This document shows, piece after piece, positions 26,969 to 37,334 of a stretch of 64,000 nucleotides of DNA. The notes under the pieces were generated by a model. The model did no database searches. It was not told where the DNA came from and saw only the letters and a list, made by a program, of their open reading frames with translations. Source of the stretch: a virus; the IMG/VR virus record IMGVR_UViG_3300032285_004073, positions 96,001 to 160,000 of that record. One strand, 5' to 3'. A program made the translations under genes and the position numbers. Each line of letters opens with the position of its first letter. Position 1 is the first letter of the stretch.

Positions 26969-28764
26969 GTAACATCCCTTCCACACCAAATGATTATGTA
27001 GCCTTTGATGCTACTAATATTAGCGATTTAATAATCAATCGTTTAAATCAAGGTCAGGTATTCACTGATCAAAATTATCAGGGATCTAATATGTCTGCTA
27101 TTATAGACATTATTAGTTATTCTTTTAGTACCTTATTATTTTATCTTAATAAAACAGCTTCAGAAAGTCTTTTTTCAGAAGCTCAGGTGTATGAAAACAT
27201 GAATAGAATTGTTAAACTTTTAAATTATAATCCTCTTGGTAGAATTACACAAAACGTACCTTATACTTTAAACTCTTCATCTTCCTTACCAGCTGGGAAC
27301 TATATAATCCCTCGTTACAGTTATATAAAAGTAGGAGCTGATACGTATTCATTTAATACAGACATAGCTTTTACAAATTCAGCAAACGGAGTAATTGAAT
27401 TACAAAATGTAAATTCTGATTTTTTCCTTTACCAAGGCCAATTTCAAGAATATCCTATATATTCGGCTCAAGGAATTAATAATGAAATACTTTATATTAG
27501 CTTGGGATCTGACACTTATGTAGACCATTTTAATTTATTTGTTTATGTTAAAGATGTAAACACCGGATTATGGACTCAATGGAAACAAACTCCTAATTTA
27601 TTTTTAAATAAATCCACAGATAAAAATTATGAAATAAGATTTAATGCAAATAAAAATTATGAAATTAAATTTGGTGATAATATTAACGGATCAGCATTAA
27701 ATGATGGCGACAAAGTCTTGGTATATTATTTAAATATAAATCCAAACGCTACAGCATTAGCAGCCAATACATTAAACAAATTACCAATTGCTCTCTATAA
27801 TAGTGTAAATTACAATCAAATTTTAAATAACACTATTTCTAACCCAACATATATAATACCTCAAAATTATTTAAAATATGTAACTATTAATAATGATTAT
27901 CCTTCTAATCCTTATTCTGAAGAGGAAAGCGTTGATAGCATAAGAAATAACGCACCTAAAAATTTTAGTTTCCAACAAAGATTGGTCACAGCTAATGATT
28001 TTCAATCGTATATAAATTCAAATTATGCTCATTTATTTGCCAATAGTTCCGTAGTTAATAATGACGATTATTTAAGTGGCCATATAAAATATCTATATAA
28101 CATAGGTATAGATTCTCCGCAATCTGATAATAATATTTTATACAGCCAAATTAAATTTGCGAATAGTTGCAATTTTAATAATGTATACGTTTATCTTGTT
28201 CCTAAAAATTCCACACAACAATACGTAGCAGCTTCGCAAAAGGAATTTATAATATCTGAACTACAAGAAAAAAAGGTTTTAACATCAGAAGTTGTGATTA
28301 TAGATCCGGTTTATATGGCTTTAGATTTCTATGCCAAATCACCTTATTCTAAACCTTCAACTAATGACATTAATAATAGTAAACTTTTAATTTACAAACA
28401 ATCTCATAGTAGAAGATCTCCAGCTGGGATTCAAGCTGATGTAATAGCTTTAATTAAAAAGACATTTAATAATCAGACATCGACATTAGGTCAAATGATT
28501 GATTTGCATAAATTGACAAATGATATTTTAAATATTGATGGAGTAGATCATATTCAAACATATAGAAGTGATACAGATTCTTATGCAGAAGGTATTTCCC
28601 TTTTAGTTTGGAATAATTCTTATCCTCAATTAGACGTTTATACAACATCTCAAAATATACAATTACAATACTTTCAATTTCCAGTATTTAATAACATAAA
28701 CAATTTAATTAATAGAATTCAAATTGTTGATAACAGTGGTGTAATTCAAGTTTCGGATTACTAA
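26965..28764 (+). CDS. gp6: Baseplate wedge subunit (T4 gp6-like)
   Basis: FTDQNYQGSNMS..D..Y, ESLFSEA, YEIKFGD..G, EESVDSIRNNAP...QQRLVTANDF. Confidence 0.88.
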   Translation: MSNIPSTPNDYVAFDATNISDLIINRLNQGQVFTDQNYQGSNMSAIIDIISYSFSTLLFYLNKTASESLFSEAQVYENMNRIVKLLNYNPLGRITQNVPYTLNSSSSLPAGNYIIPRYSYIKVGADTYSFNTDIAFTNSANGVIELQNVNSDFFLYQGQFQEYPIYSAQGINNEILYISLGSDTYVDHFNLFVYVKDVNTGLWTQWKQTPNLFLNKSTDKNYEIRFNANKNYEIKFGDNINGSALNDGDKVLVYYLNINPNATALAANTLNKLPIALYNSVNYNQILNNTISNPTYIIPQNYLKYVTINNDYPSNPYSEEESVDSIRNNAPKNFSFQQRLVTANDFQSYINSNYAHLFANSSVVNNDDYLSGHIKYLYNIGIDSPQSDNNILYSQIKFANSCNFNNVYVYLVPKNSTQQYVAASQKEFIISELQEKKVLTSEVVIIDPVYMALDFYAKSPYSKPSTNDINNSKLLIYKQSHSRRSPAGIQADVIALIKKTFNNQTSTLGQMIDLHKLTNDILNIDGVDHIQTYRSDTDSYAEGISLLVWNNSYPQLDVYTTSQNIQLQYFQFPVFNNINNLINRIQIVDNSGVIQVSDY

Positions 28765-28769
28765 AATAG

Positions 28770-31700
28770 ATGCAAGCTACTCAGGATCCATTAATATTAA
28801 ACGAATCAATTTATTTTGATTATTCCCCTCCTCCTACTTTTTCTGGGCATTATAATAGGCATCCTTTTAGAATTCACATAACATCTTCTCATAGCGATCA
28901 ACATATTATTTCTTTAGATGCAAAATATTCAAGATCTTACAACCCTCAACCTAATCCTAATAAATGGTCTTTTTTAAGACCTGAATATAGATTTTTAGAT
29001 TTAAGTGGCAATAAAATTAATTACATAACCACTCAAGATACACCATTTTATATTGGTTCAGACGGTAATTTAAATAATGTTAGCGGAACCTTTATTGGTG
29101 TTAGTGGGTTTGCGGAATTTTATTTTATAGATGATATTTATAATTTTGACTTAGCCATAAACAATCAACCTTATACTACTATTATAGCTACTCTACAAAC
29201 AAGTGGTATAAATTATTTTTTCAATAACAATGAATATATTTCTACCTCATATGCCAATAGTTTAGCAACAGCATATCAACCTCATATTTTTTATTATCGA
29301 AATCCAGATTATATAAAAATATCAGAAAATGGCGGTAGAGATTTTATTAACCCAAGATGGTCTGCCACAACACAACCAATTGTGTTTACTCTTAATTGGA
29401 ATGGAAATTATATCTACAATGATGTAAACATACCAACCTATAATGAACCTTATAATTTTTGTCATTATTTCCCCAATTCTCAAAATCAACAAATACAAAT
29501 TAAAGCTAATACAGTTGGCGTAAGTTCCAATTTTAATGATAATCTAGTAATATCCTATAGTAATAAAGATGGTTATCGTTCTCAGAGTTATTGTAAGACA
29601 TATTTTAATATACCCAATAGTCAAACATCTCTCGGAGCTTATATTACAGCATCTGTTAATTTTGATTCTGGTCTAGATTTTACTGGAAATGCGTTTAGTC
29701 CCAAGATTTGGATATCAAATCCTAATGCTGGTACAGTGACTATTGCTGAGTATAATGACCCTAGCATTTTTAATACTACAGATCCTAACTTTACATCGAC
29801 TCAATTTAAAAATTTTAATGTACCTATTGTTATAAATCCAGATTATACCAAAGATAATTTTTCCACAATAGGATTTCATGGCATTAATAGTATAGCAGTT
29901 TTACCTCCTCCGGATTTTAAAGCATGGGCTTGTGACGGTGAATTAAATTACCTTTACAAATTTTCCACAGAGGGAAGTATAATTTCTGCAATTGATATTA
30001 ACCAAATAGTAAAAACACAAAAATTAGGTTTCTTTGTAGAAAATCAAGTTTCTCCAGCTTCTATTACATTAGATAGCAATCTTAATATTTGGATGACTTT
30101 ATATGATACAGCATCTGTTTTAAAATTAGATCCTAATGGAAATTTCTTATTTGCTTTAAACCCATTATCATCCATCAATTATACACTTCCTCCTAATATA
30201 AATTATAATTGGTATCTCTACAATGAAATGCAGCCATTATCTGGTGAGGTGCAAAACTTTATTGAACCTACCTATGTTGAAACAGATTTAAACAATAATA
30301 TCTGGGTAACATATTCCAATTACGCTAGTGGATTTTTAATAAAATATGATACCAATGGCAATTTACTTAAAACTATTAGTTATCCAGTTCTTTCAAGTCC
30401 ACAAGATTTAGTAGTAGATAATGCAAATAATGTATGGGTTGCATTATCTAATAACTCTGGTGACACTTTAGGCACTTTGGAAAAAAGAAATTCCTTTGGA
30501 GTATTACTAAGCTCCTTTGGAAATATTACTGGATTGAATAATTTGACTTTAGATTTAAATCAAAATATTTGGTTCACATATTCATATTCTAGAATAGCAA
30601 CTATAGATAATAACACCGCAAATATAACAACAATTAATGTATCAGATTATGATAATACACCTTTAGTAATTCCGAGAGACAACAATTCTCAAATATTTTA
30701 TTCCTCATCACCTCAGACCAAAATAGTATCCAATAGTATTAGTAACATCAACAGAATTATTTATAGCCTTTCAGATGTACCTGCAACAACACCAAGTGGA
30801 ACTATTGCCAATTCCTCTTATACAACAGCTAGCCAACAAATTTTAGCAGCAAAGGCTCAGATTCAGCAAGCAGTTATTAACTATGCGGTGACTAATTACC
30901 CAAATGCCATGAGTAATAATCCAACTCTTACAGCGTATTGCTACAGAGATACTGGATTTATAGTAGATGCATTAGCTGCGGACATAGCCAATAATACAAA
31001 TCATCGATCAATTGAAGTGGGTAATTTTTACTACAAAGGTGTAACAAAAAATGTTAATGTACCTTATGGACAATTAATTCTGCCTTCTTACGAATTATCA
31101 GCAACAATAAATTCTATTAATTACATTGCATCTTATATTAATTCCAATGTAGTTACAGATACTTCTAGAAAAACTGATGTGACATCACGTATGGCTGATG
31201 TAGTATACCCTCTTCAAACCGGAGGAGCTTTAAAGGCATATTCTCCTGCTGGATCACCTACTACAGACGATATTAATATAGCCAATCTTATAGCTGCTAA
31301 TAGATCTGCCCTTCAAGATAAAGTTTCTTATTATGTAATACAAAAGGGATATTTGTTTGATAGTGCTCTTTTACAAATTTGTAAAAGAGATGTTGGGTTG
31401 ATTGTAGATGCTATATACAATGATCTAGTATCCGGAGTCAATGCTAGGTCTATAGAATACGGCTTGGCATATTGGAATGGAAGCACTACAAGATTGCCAG
31501 ACAGTCTTGTACCTAATCATAAAGAAAAAACAACAGATACATTTAATTATCTTAACACTTGTATTAAAGATCTTTTAGTTGCTAATGGGTATTTACAAGA
31601 CACAACACCTTCTCCTTACAATATATATGCAGATAAAGGATTAACTGTACCAGATGAATATACATCAGAAACAGCTTTGGAAGGTATAGCTGCCGATTAT

Positions 31701-32759
31701 AAGGGCAATATATATGTTATAAATTCTGTTGAAAATCAAGTATATATGTTTAATTCAACAACTAAGAATTTTACAAATAAATTTTATATTAATCCTCAAG
31801 GATTTAATTTCTTCTACCAGAACAATATTAATAGCATAGATTATAATGTTTGGACTAAATCAGCTCAAGCTTATGGTGACTGGACTGGGTTTAGATGGAT
31901 TAATAAATATTATAAATATCAAAACTCAAGAATAATATCTTTAACTGGAAGATCTACTAATTTAGATTTTTACGGAAATCATGCGTTTGATGTTTTTAAA
32001 GTTAATGAAAATTTTGACATGGCTGGTCAAATGAAATCTTTAGCTTTTATGCCGGTTTTACAAGATAGCCCAGTTTTCTTTGATAATTTCTTAGGATCTA
32101 TTTTCGGTAAAGCTCCTTTTAATCATAATGATCTAGGAATAGAAAGTTATGAAAAGATTGCAAATTTCTTACCCAATAATGTAGATATAGACACTTGTGG
32201 TATAGACGAACTTTACAACTTAGCCAATTCAGTAAATCAACATGATGGTGATGACTTTACTTTAACCTATCCAAATGAAATTAAAAGATTAATGAATTTA
32301 GCTTCCATAAATCAATCTATACTTTGGGGTACAACTTCCAAAAATCAAAATTACTTTAAGTCTCCGTCCACAGATGGAGTCTTGAATAGGGGTAAATTGT
32401 TAACTAACAATTACACAGTTTCTGCTGGAACTCCTGTAATATTAAATACTAGATCACTTAACAGTTATGATCTAATACCCACAGGACCTATCAACGGTTC
32501 AACCAATTATCCCTTATCTACATTAATTTCTTACATAGGTTTAGATCCACTTAATTGGGAAACATATTACAACATATATGAATTTATACCTGGATTTAGT
32601 AAAACGCTAACTGAAGGTATTATAGATTGGAATAATCCTCAAACAACCATTACTCAAAGTCAATCTTCTCATTATAATTGGGTTGGAAATGAACAAACGT
32701 TAGATAAATTATTTTCATATAATTTATATAACGGATTAGGATTACTAAAGAATTATTAA
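28770..32759 (+). CDS. Large virion protein with NHL/Vgb-type beta-propeller repeats and an inserted helical repeat module
   Basis: 1329 aa; repeated P..I..D.N.NIW.T blades; two C.RD.G.IVDA...D..N.RS.E.G..Y repeats. Confidence 0.65.
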   Translation: MQATQDPLILNESIYFDYSPPPTFSGHYNRHPFRIHITSSHSDQHIISLDAKYSRSYNPQPNPNKWSFLRPEYRFLDLSGNKINYITTQDTPFYIGSDGNLNNVSGTFIGVSGFAEFYFIDDIYNFDLAINNQPYTTIIATLQTSGINYFFNNNEYISTSYANSLATAYQPHIFYYRNPDYIKISENGGRDFINPRWSATTQPIVFTLNWNGNYIYNDVNIPTYNEPYNFCHYFPNSQNQQIQIKANTVGVSSNFNDNLVISYSNKDGYRSQSYCKTYFNIPNSQTSLGAYITASVNFDSGLDFTGNAFSPKIWISNPNAGTVTIAEYNDPSIFNTTDPNFTSTQFKNFNVPIVINPDYTKDNFSTIGFHGINSIAVLPPPDFKAWACDGELNYLYKFSTEGSIISAIDINQIVKTQKLGFFVENQVSPASITLDSNLNIWMTLYDTASVLKLDPNGNFLFALNPLSSINYTLPPNINYNWYLYNEMQPLSGEVQNFIEPTYVETDLNNNIWVTYSNYASGFLIKYDTNGNLLKTISYPVLSSPQDLVVDNANNVWVALSNNSGDTLGTLEKRNSFGVLLSSFGNITGLNNLTLDLNQNIWFTYSYSRIATIDNNTANITTINVSDYDNTPLVIPRDNNSQIFYSSSPQTKIVSNSISNINRIIYSLSDVPATTPSGTIANSSYTTASQQILAAKAQIQQAVINYAVTNYPNAMSNNPTLTAYCYRDTGFIVDALAADIANNTNHRSIEVGNFYYKGVTKNVNVPYGQLILPSYELSATINSINYIASYINSNVVTDTSRKTDVTSRMADVVYPLQTGGALKAYSPAGSPTTDDINIANLIAANRSALQDKVSYYVIQKGYLFDSALLQICKRDVGLIVDAIYNDLVSGVNARSIEYGLAYWNGSTTRLPDSLVPNHKEKTTDTFNYLNTCIKDLLVANGYLQDTTPSPYNIYADKGLTVPDEYTSETALEGIAADYKGNIYVINSVENQVYMFNSTTKNFTNKFYINPQGFNFFYQNNINSIDYNVWTKSAQAYGDWTGFRWINKYYKYQNSRIISLTGRSTNLDFYGNHAFDVFKVNENFDMAGQMKSLAFMPVLQDSPVFFDNFLGSIFGKAPFNHNDLGIESYEKIANFLPNNVDIDTCGIDELYNLANSVNQHDGDDFTLTYPNEIKRLMNLASINQSILWGTTSKNQNYFKSPSTDGVLNRGKLLTNNYTVSAGTPVILNTRSLNSYDLIPTGPINGSTNYPLSTLISYIGLDPLNWETYYNIYEFIPGFSKTLTEGIIDWNNPQTTITQSQSSHYNWVGNEQTLDKLFSYNLYNGLGLLKNY

Positions 32760-32789
32760 ATTGTATTTTCAATCTAAATATTAAAAGAA

Positions 32790-35700
32790 ATGAGTTTTAC
32801 TCCCACATTAGCATATAATATACAAGGATCTGGAAACTACCCCTCAGAGAACTATATAAGTTATCCTTTACAGTCTTATTTTATAGCTAATTTAGGACCT
32901 TTAAAATTTTATAACGGTTTAAAATATAGAAAAAAACCTTACAGTGATGTAGCTAACTTTTATTTAAACTCTCCTATTTTTAATTCTTTTTTTACTTATA
33001 GTAATGCTGTTACATCACAATATTCGGATATTACAGATCCGACCCAAGCCAATATTTTAGTAGAATCTTATAATACCATAGATTTTGGTGATTGGATATC
33101 CACACCTTCTATAACTTTAAATACATCTAACATAAGAAAAACTTACAACATTCCTTCAGAATTTAATTTATTTTATACTACTTTAAATCAAAATACGGAT
33201 TTAAGTTATGGATATTTATTATATCCTAGCAAATTATTTTTAAATCCAGTTAGCTTAACACAAAACGGAAATAACTGGAATTTAACCACAAATATTAATG
33301 TAGCATTATCTTCGGTTATTGGAATAGAATCAAATTACATAGAACAAGACGCCGCGGATTATCATATAAACACCTATTTAAAAAATACACCCACTTTATT
33401 ATCATTAGGATCCGCCGGTCTCAATAGTTCTTATAGTTTATTTTTTGACCTTTGTGCTAATCGTACTCGTACACATAGGCCTATTATTAATTTTACACAA
33501 GGATATAAACCAACATATTTTACTTCTATATTAGAACCTAATTCTATATTGAATCCCGACTCTTTAGTTGTGACATTTAGTGCTGCATGTTCTAATCCCA
33601 CTTTTAGTATTACAGAACAAATTATATCTCAAGATGAACCAGATGTTTGGAAATATGATGAAACTACACATTTTAATAATACTTTTGTAATTTTATCATC
33701 ATATGATATTAAAACAAAATCACCAGTACAAACATTTCAATTATATCAAACAATTACACCAGGAGGTGCAAATTATCCTTTAATTGACAGTAAAAATTGT
33801 GTTTTAAGTGCAACTTTATTTTTAAACAATTCTAATATTAGATATTCTAATCCTCTTTCCAAGAGCACTTACAACGTACATCATACAACGGATTCTATTT
33901 TAGGGATTAGTTATATAGCAGATTGTGGATTATTTAAAAATAATGACCCTATTAGTGGTTCTCTTACAATCAATAGTAGTCCAGCAAGTTTTAAAACATC
34001 TGTACCTATTAATAACGTAGCTAGTAATCAAACAATTGTTTGGACTACTCCGTATCCTCCTCATTATTATTCTTATAAAACAAAATTAGCAAATTCAGGC
34101 GCTTATTTAGATTCTAATTCTTTAAATTTTTATCTTTATTCTTCTAATGTACCTACATCAGATAATAACTATAATACTAATCAAAGCAGTTATTATGTTT
34201 TATTATCATCCTATATTACATCGGATCATAATATTCTTAGTTACAGTTTAGACGCCGTCCCAAACGATCTTATTAGATTTCTTCCTGTTAATTTAGATCC
34301 TTTAATAGCCCCTAATTTAGTTTGTTCTTATGGACCATATACTTCGTTAGTAGCTGGTTCTGCTATACAGACATACAACTTAATTAATTCTCCGTGGGTA
34401 CCGGTATCTGCTGGTGATTGTTTGCGCATAGATTACCCTTATGGTATGTACGGACAAACACCTCTCAGTATAAGGTCATCTCTTTCTTCTAAGGTTGCGG
34501 GTCAATTAGATGCTTTTAATGCAACTAATTTTGTGTTGGCGCCAGATTATCAACAAAATAACGGATTTGCAATAGATTTACAAGTATTGAGTGAAGATTA
34601 TAATCAAATAACATTGAGTGTTTCTAATAATGTTTCTTTAAGCAGTTGGCCTTATATAGATTTGACATATAAAAATATATGTTGGTATTACACAAGTGAT
34701 GATGTTTTACCTGATTTAAACATATCTTTAAATATAGCAGACTCAACTGGAAATATTCTCAGTTCTATACAACCTTATCAAGTAATACCTTTTAATAATT
34801 TAACATGGAATGTTAATATTTCTGGATATGGTCCCAATACTTTGACTATATACGTTTCATCTTCAGATGAAACAATAACTCAACCCTCATTTATTGATAC
34901 TAATCCATCACTATTTTCATATTTTGTAGAAAGACAATTTGCTGTAACACCTTTAATTGAATTGGATAACTTGAATATAGACAGAACAATTTCTTTACAA
35001 GCACAATTACCAATTAACAATACTATAGTCAATATACCATCAGCTTACCAAGATTCCGCTATGTATTGGACTTGGTCTTTTGATGACATAACAGATCCCT
35101 CTTTACAACCTATATCTGCCAATTACAATGTTTTAAGTTCAGACAATGTTACAATTATATCCAAAGATTATACACATTCAACACCTGGACCTATATCATT
35201 GTTAAGTTCTATAAATTTAGTAATAACACCTCCTCAAGGCAGTAGAGCACAAAATTTACACAATATAAAAGTTGTAGCCCATTCTGATATAATGAACCCT
35301 TCGGTTATAGGATCCTACAGCTTCACTGTAGATGATTTTCCAAGTACAGATATTTTTAATGCAGATTTTACAACAAGATATAACAATGCTGAAGCAATTG
35401 TTTTAGGGAATACATCTTCCGGACATAATACGATAACTAGAAAGGGCAATGCATCACCTGGAACTAATTTATATTTTAAATTAATACCGTCAGACGTAGC
35501 TTCTAATTTAGCAAATAATAATGGAGAATTAACTTGGTATTACAATAATCTAGCTATAGATTCAAATTCTGATAATAGTCTTAATTTTGATTTAAGTCTT
35601 AGTGCCACACCTACAATTCAAAACAATATTTCAGCTGCATCCATTGCCTTAAAATTAACAAATTCTTTTGCTAATGGGTGGACTAGTGCTCATAATGTAA

Positions 35701-37334
35701 GCGCTATAACATATTTTTATGCAGTTGATCCCATCGATTTTACAACACCTTTAGAATTTAATGTATTTCCACAATTTGGATGGATAGGTAATGATAATCA
35801 ACTAACTATCCTTGACGAGAATAACTATACTTTAATCAATAATCCATCAGCTTATGATAATACTGTAGGACAAACACAAAGTCTTTATTTATCTGCCAAT
35901 AAAAATTATTTTACAAAATACAATTATCAAAGTCAAACAAGCCCAGAAATAATAACCCTACCTTCTTATTTCGGATTAACAAATATAGGATATACACCAA
36001 GATCCTTAGAAGTATTTAATTACGGATTAATGATAGGACTTACGGCTTTTAATAATGATGTTTATCCGGAAATAATGGGTGTAAATTATTATGATCTTGT
36101 TAATATAAATAATGGTTATAATGTAATTGTTAACCAATTTAATATTACATCCCAAACTTTATCCGCCAAAAGCTTTTATACATCAAATTATATATACGAT
36201 GAATATAATAATCTCTATAATTCCATATTTGGCAATCTTTCTTCACTTTTAGTATATTGGAAACTAAATGAAGAAAGCGGTAATCGCTACGATTCAACTC
36301 CAAATGGATACACTTTAATAGATGTAAATCCGTTTACTCCGTCCGGACAAGGTTTAATAGATAAAGGAATTATAGGAGATGGTTCTGGTTATTTAACTAC
36401 TGCAAACACCATACCTCTTAGCGGTGATTTTACAATTAATTATTGGGTGAAACCAGAAAAAAATACAACTGGTAATTTCCAATGTTTTGCTGGTTCTGAT
36501 AATGAATTAAATTTTAATGTTCATTCTCGAGGTATATATTATGGTACCTGTAACAATTTTGTGAAAGCTTCTAAATTTATTGAAGTATCAAATGATTGGC
36601 ATATGGCTACTCTCACCAGATCCATATCATCTGGTTTAGCAAATATATATTTAGACGGAAATTTAGTGGCAACAAACACATCTGATTTTACAGATTATAC
36701 AGCTTATTTTGGATTGTTGGCCACGTATGACGGTCAGTATGTAGACTCTGCCAATAATTCAATGTTGGATGAATTTAGTATATATAATCAGGTTATTAAT
36801 ATAAATCAAATATCAAATTTATATAATTATGGTTTAGGCATCACCTACCCATTAACAGATGATAATAGTTATACAACCTTATTAAATTTATCTTCTCTTA
36901 TATCTCGCAATAATAACGGCAACAAATTCTTATGTGCTCCTGTTATTGTACCTTATAATGATTTGTATTTTTCATTTACGGTTAAAAATCTTTCCTTGGA
37001 TCTTAATAAAGAAAATACTATTTCAGTCACTCAAACCACTAAATCTAATGGTCCAGCGGTTATAGTCGGTGGGTCTATAACCTATTATCTTTCTAGTCAA
37101 TATTGGGTTGAATCTAACACCATACCCTATGCTGATGGCACCTATGATATATTCAATATTACCTTAGGTGATCCTTTTATACCATTACAAAGTGGAGCTG
37201 AAGGTTTAGATAATTTTTATTTATATGCTATCCCTGATTTTTATCAACAGATACCACCTAGTGTTTTTGATTTAGCAAAAATAAATCAAGGATATAAAGG
37301 AAATACAAATATTTGGAGTTTAATAAATCCATGA
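32790..37334 (+). CDS. Large virion/baseplate protein with a LamG (ConA-like) domain
   Basis: 1514 aa; YWKLNE.SGNR.D, FTINYWVK, WHMATLT..IYLDG, LDEFSIYN. Confidence 0.7.
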   Translation: MSFTPTLAYNIQGSGNYPSENYISYPLQSYFIANLGPLKFYNGLKYRKKPYSDVANFYLNSPIFNSFFTYSNAVTSQYSDITDPTQANILVESYNTIDFGDWISTPSITLNTSNIRKTYNIPSEFNLFYTTLNQNTDLSYGYLLYPSKLFLNPVSLTQNGNNWNLTTNINVALSSVIGIESNYIEQDAADYHINTYLKNTPTLLSLGSAGLNSSYSLFFDLCANRTRTHRPIINFTQGYKPTYFTSILEPNSILNPDSLVVTFSAACSNPTFSITEQIISQDEPDVWKYDETTHFNNTFVILSSYDIKTKSPVQTFQLYQTITPGGANYPLIDSKNCVLSATLFLNNSNIRYSNPLSKSTYNVHHTTDSILGISYIADCGLFKNNDPISGSLTINSSPASFKTSVPINNVASNQTIVWTTPYPPHYYSYKTKLANSGAYLDSNSLNFYLYSSNVPTSDNNYNTNQSSYYVLLSSYITSDHNILSYSLDAVPNDLIRFLPVNLDPLIAPNLVCSYGPYTSLVAGSAIQTYNLINSPWVPVSAGDCLRIDYPYGMYGQTPLSIRSSLSSKVAGQLDAFNATNFVLAPDYQQNNGFAIDLQVLSEDYNQITLSVSNNVSLSSWPYIDLTYKNICWYYTSDDVLPDLNISLNIADSTGNILSSIQPYQVIPFNNLTWNVNISGYGPNTLTIYVSSSDETITQPSFIDTNPSLFSYFVERQFAVTPLIELDNLNIDRTISLQAQLPINNTIVNIPSAYQDSAMYWTWSFDDITDPSLQPISANYNVLSSDNVTIISKDYTHSTPGPISLLSSINLVITPPQGSRAQNLHNIKVVAHSDIMNPSVIGSYSFTVDDFPSTDIFNADFTTRYNNAEAIVLGNTSSGHNTITRKGNASPGTNLYFKLIPSDVASNLANNNGELTWYYNNLAIDSNSDNSLNFDLSLSATPTIQNNISAASIALKLTNSFANGWTSAHNVSAITYFYAVDPIDFTTPLEFNVFPQFGWIGNDNQLTILDENNYTLINNPSAYDNTVGQTQSLYLSANKNYFTKYNYQSQTSPEIITLPSYFGLTNIGYTPRSLEVFNYGLMIGLTAFNNDVYPEIMGVNYYDLVNINNGYNVIVNQFNITSQTLSAKSFYTSNYIYDEYNNLYNSIFGNLSSLLVYWKLNEESGNRYDSTPNGYTLIDVNPFTPSGQGLIDKGIIGDGSGYLTTANTIPLSGDFTINYWVKPEKNTTGNFQCFAGSDNELNFNVHSRGIYYGTCNNFVKASKFIEVSNDWHMATLTRSISSGLANIYLDGNLVATNTSDFTDYTAYFGLLATYDGQYVDSANNSMLDEFSIYNQVININQISNLYNYGLGITYPLTDDNSYTTLLNLSSLISRNNNGNKFLCAPVIVPYNDLYFSFTVKNLSLDLNKENTISVTQTTKSNGPAVIVGGSITYYLSSQYWVESNTIPYADGTYDIFNITLGDPFIPLQSGAEGLDNFYLYAIPDFYQQIPPSVFDLAKINQGYKGNTNIWSLINP

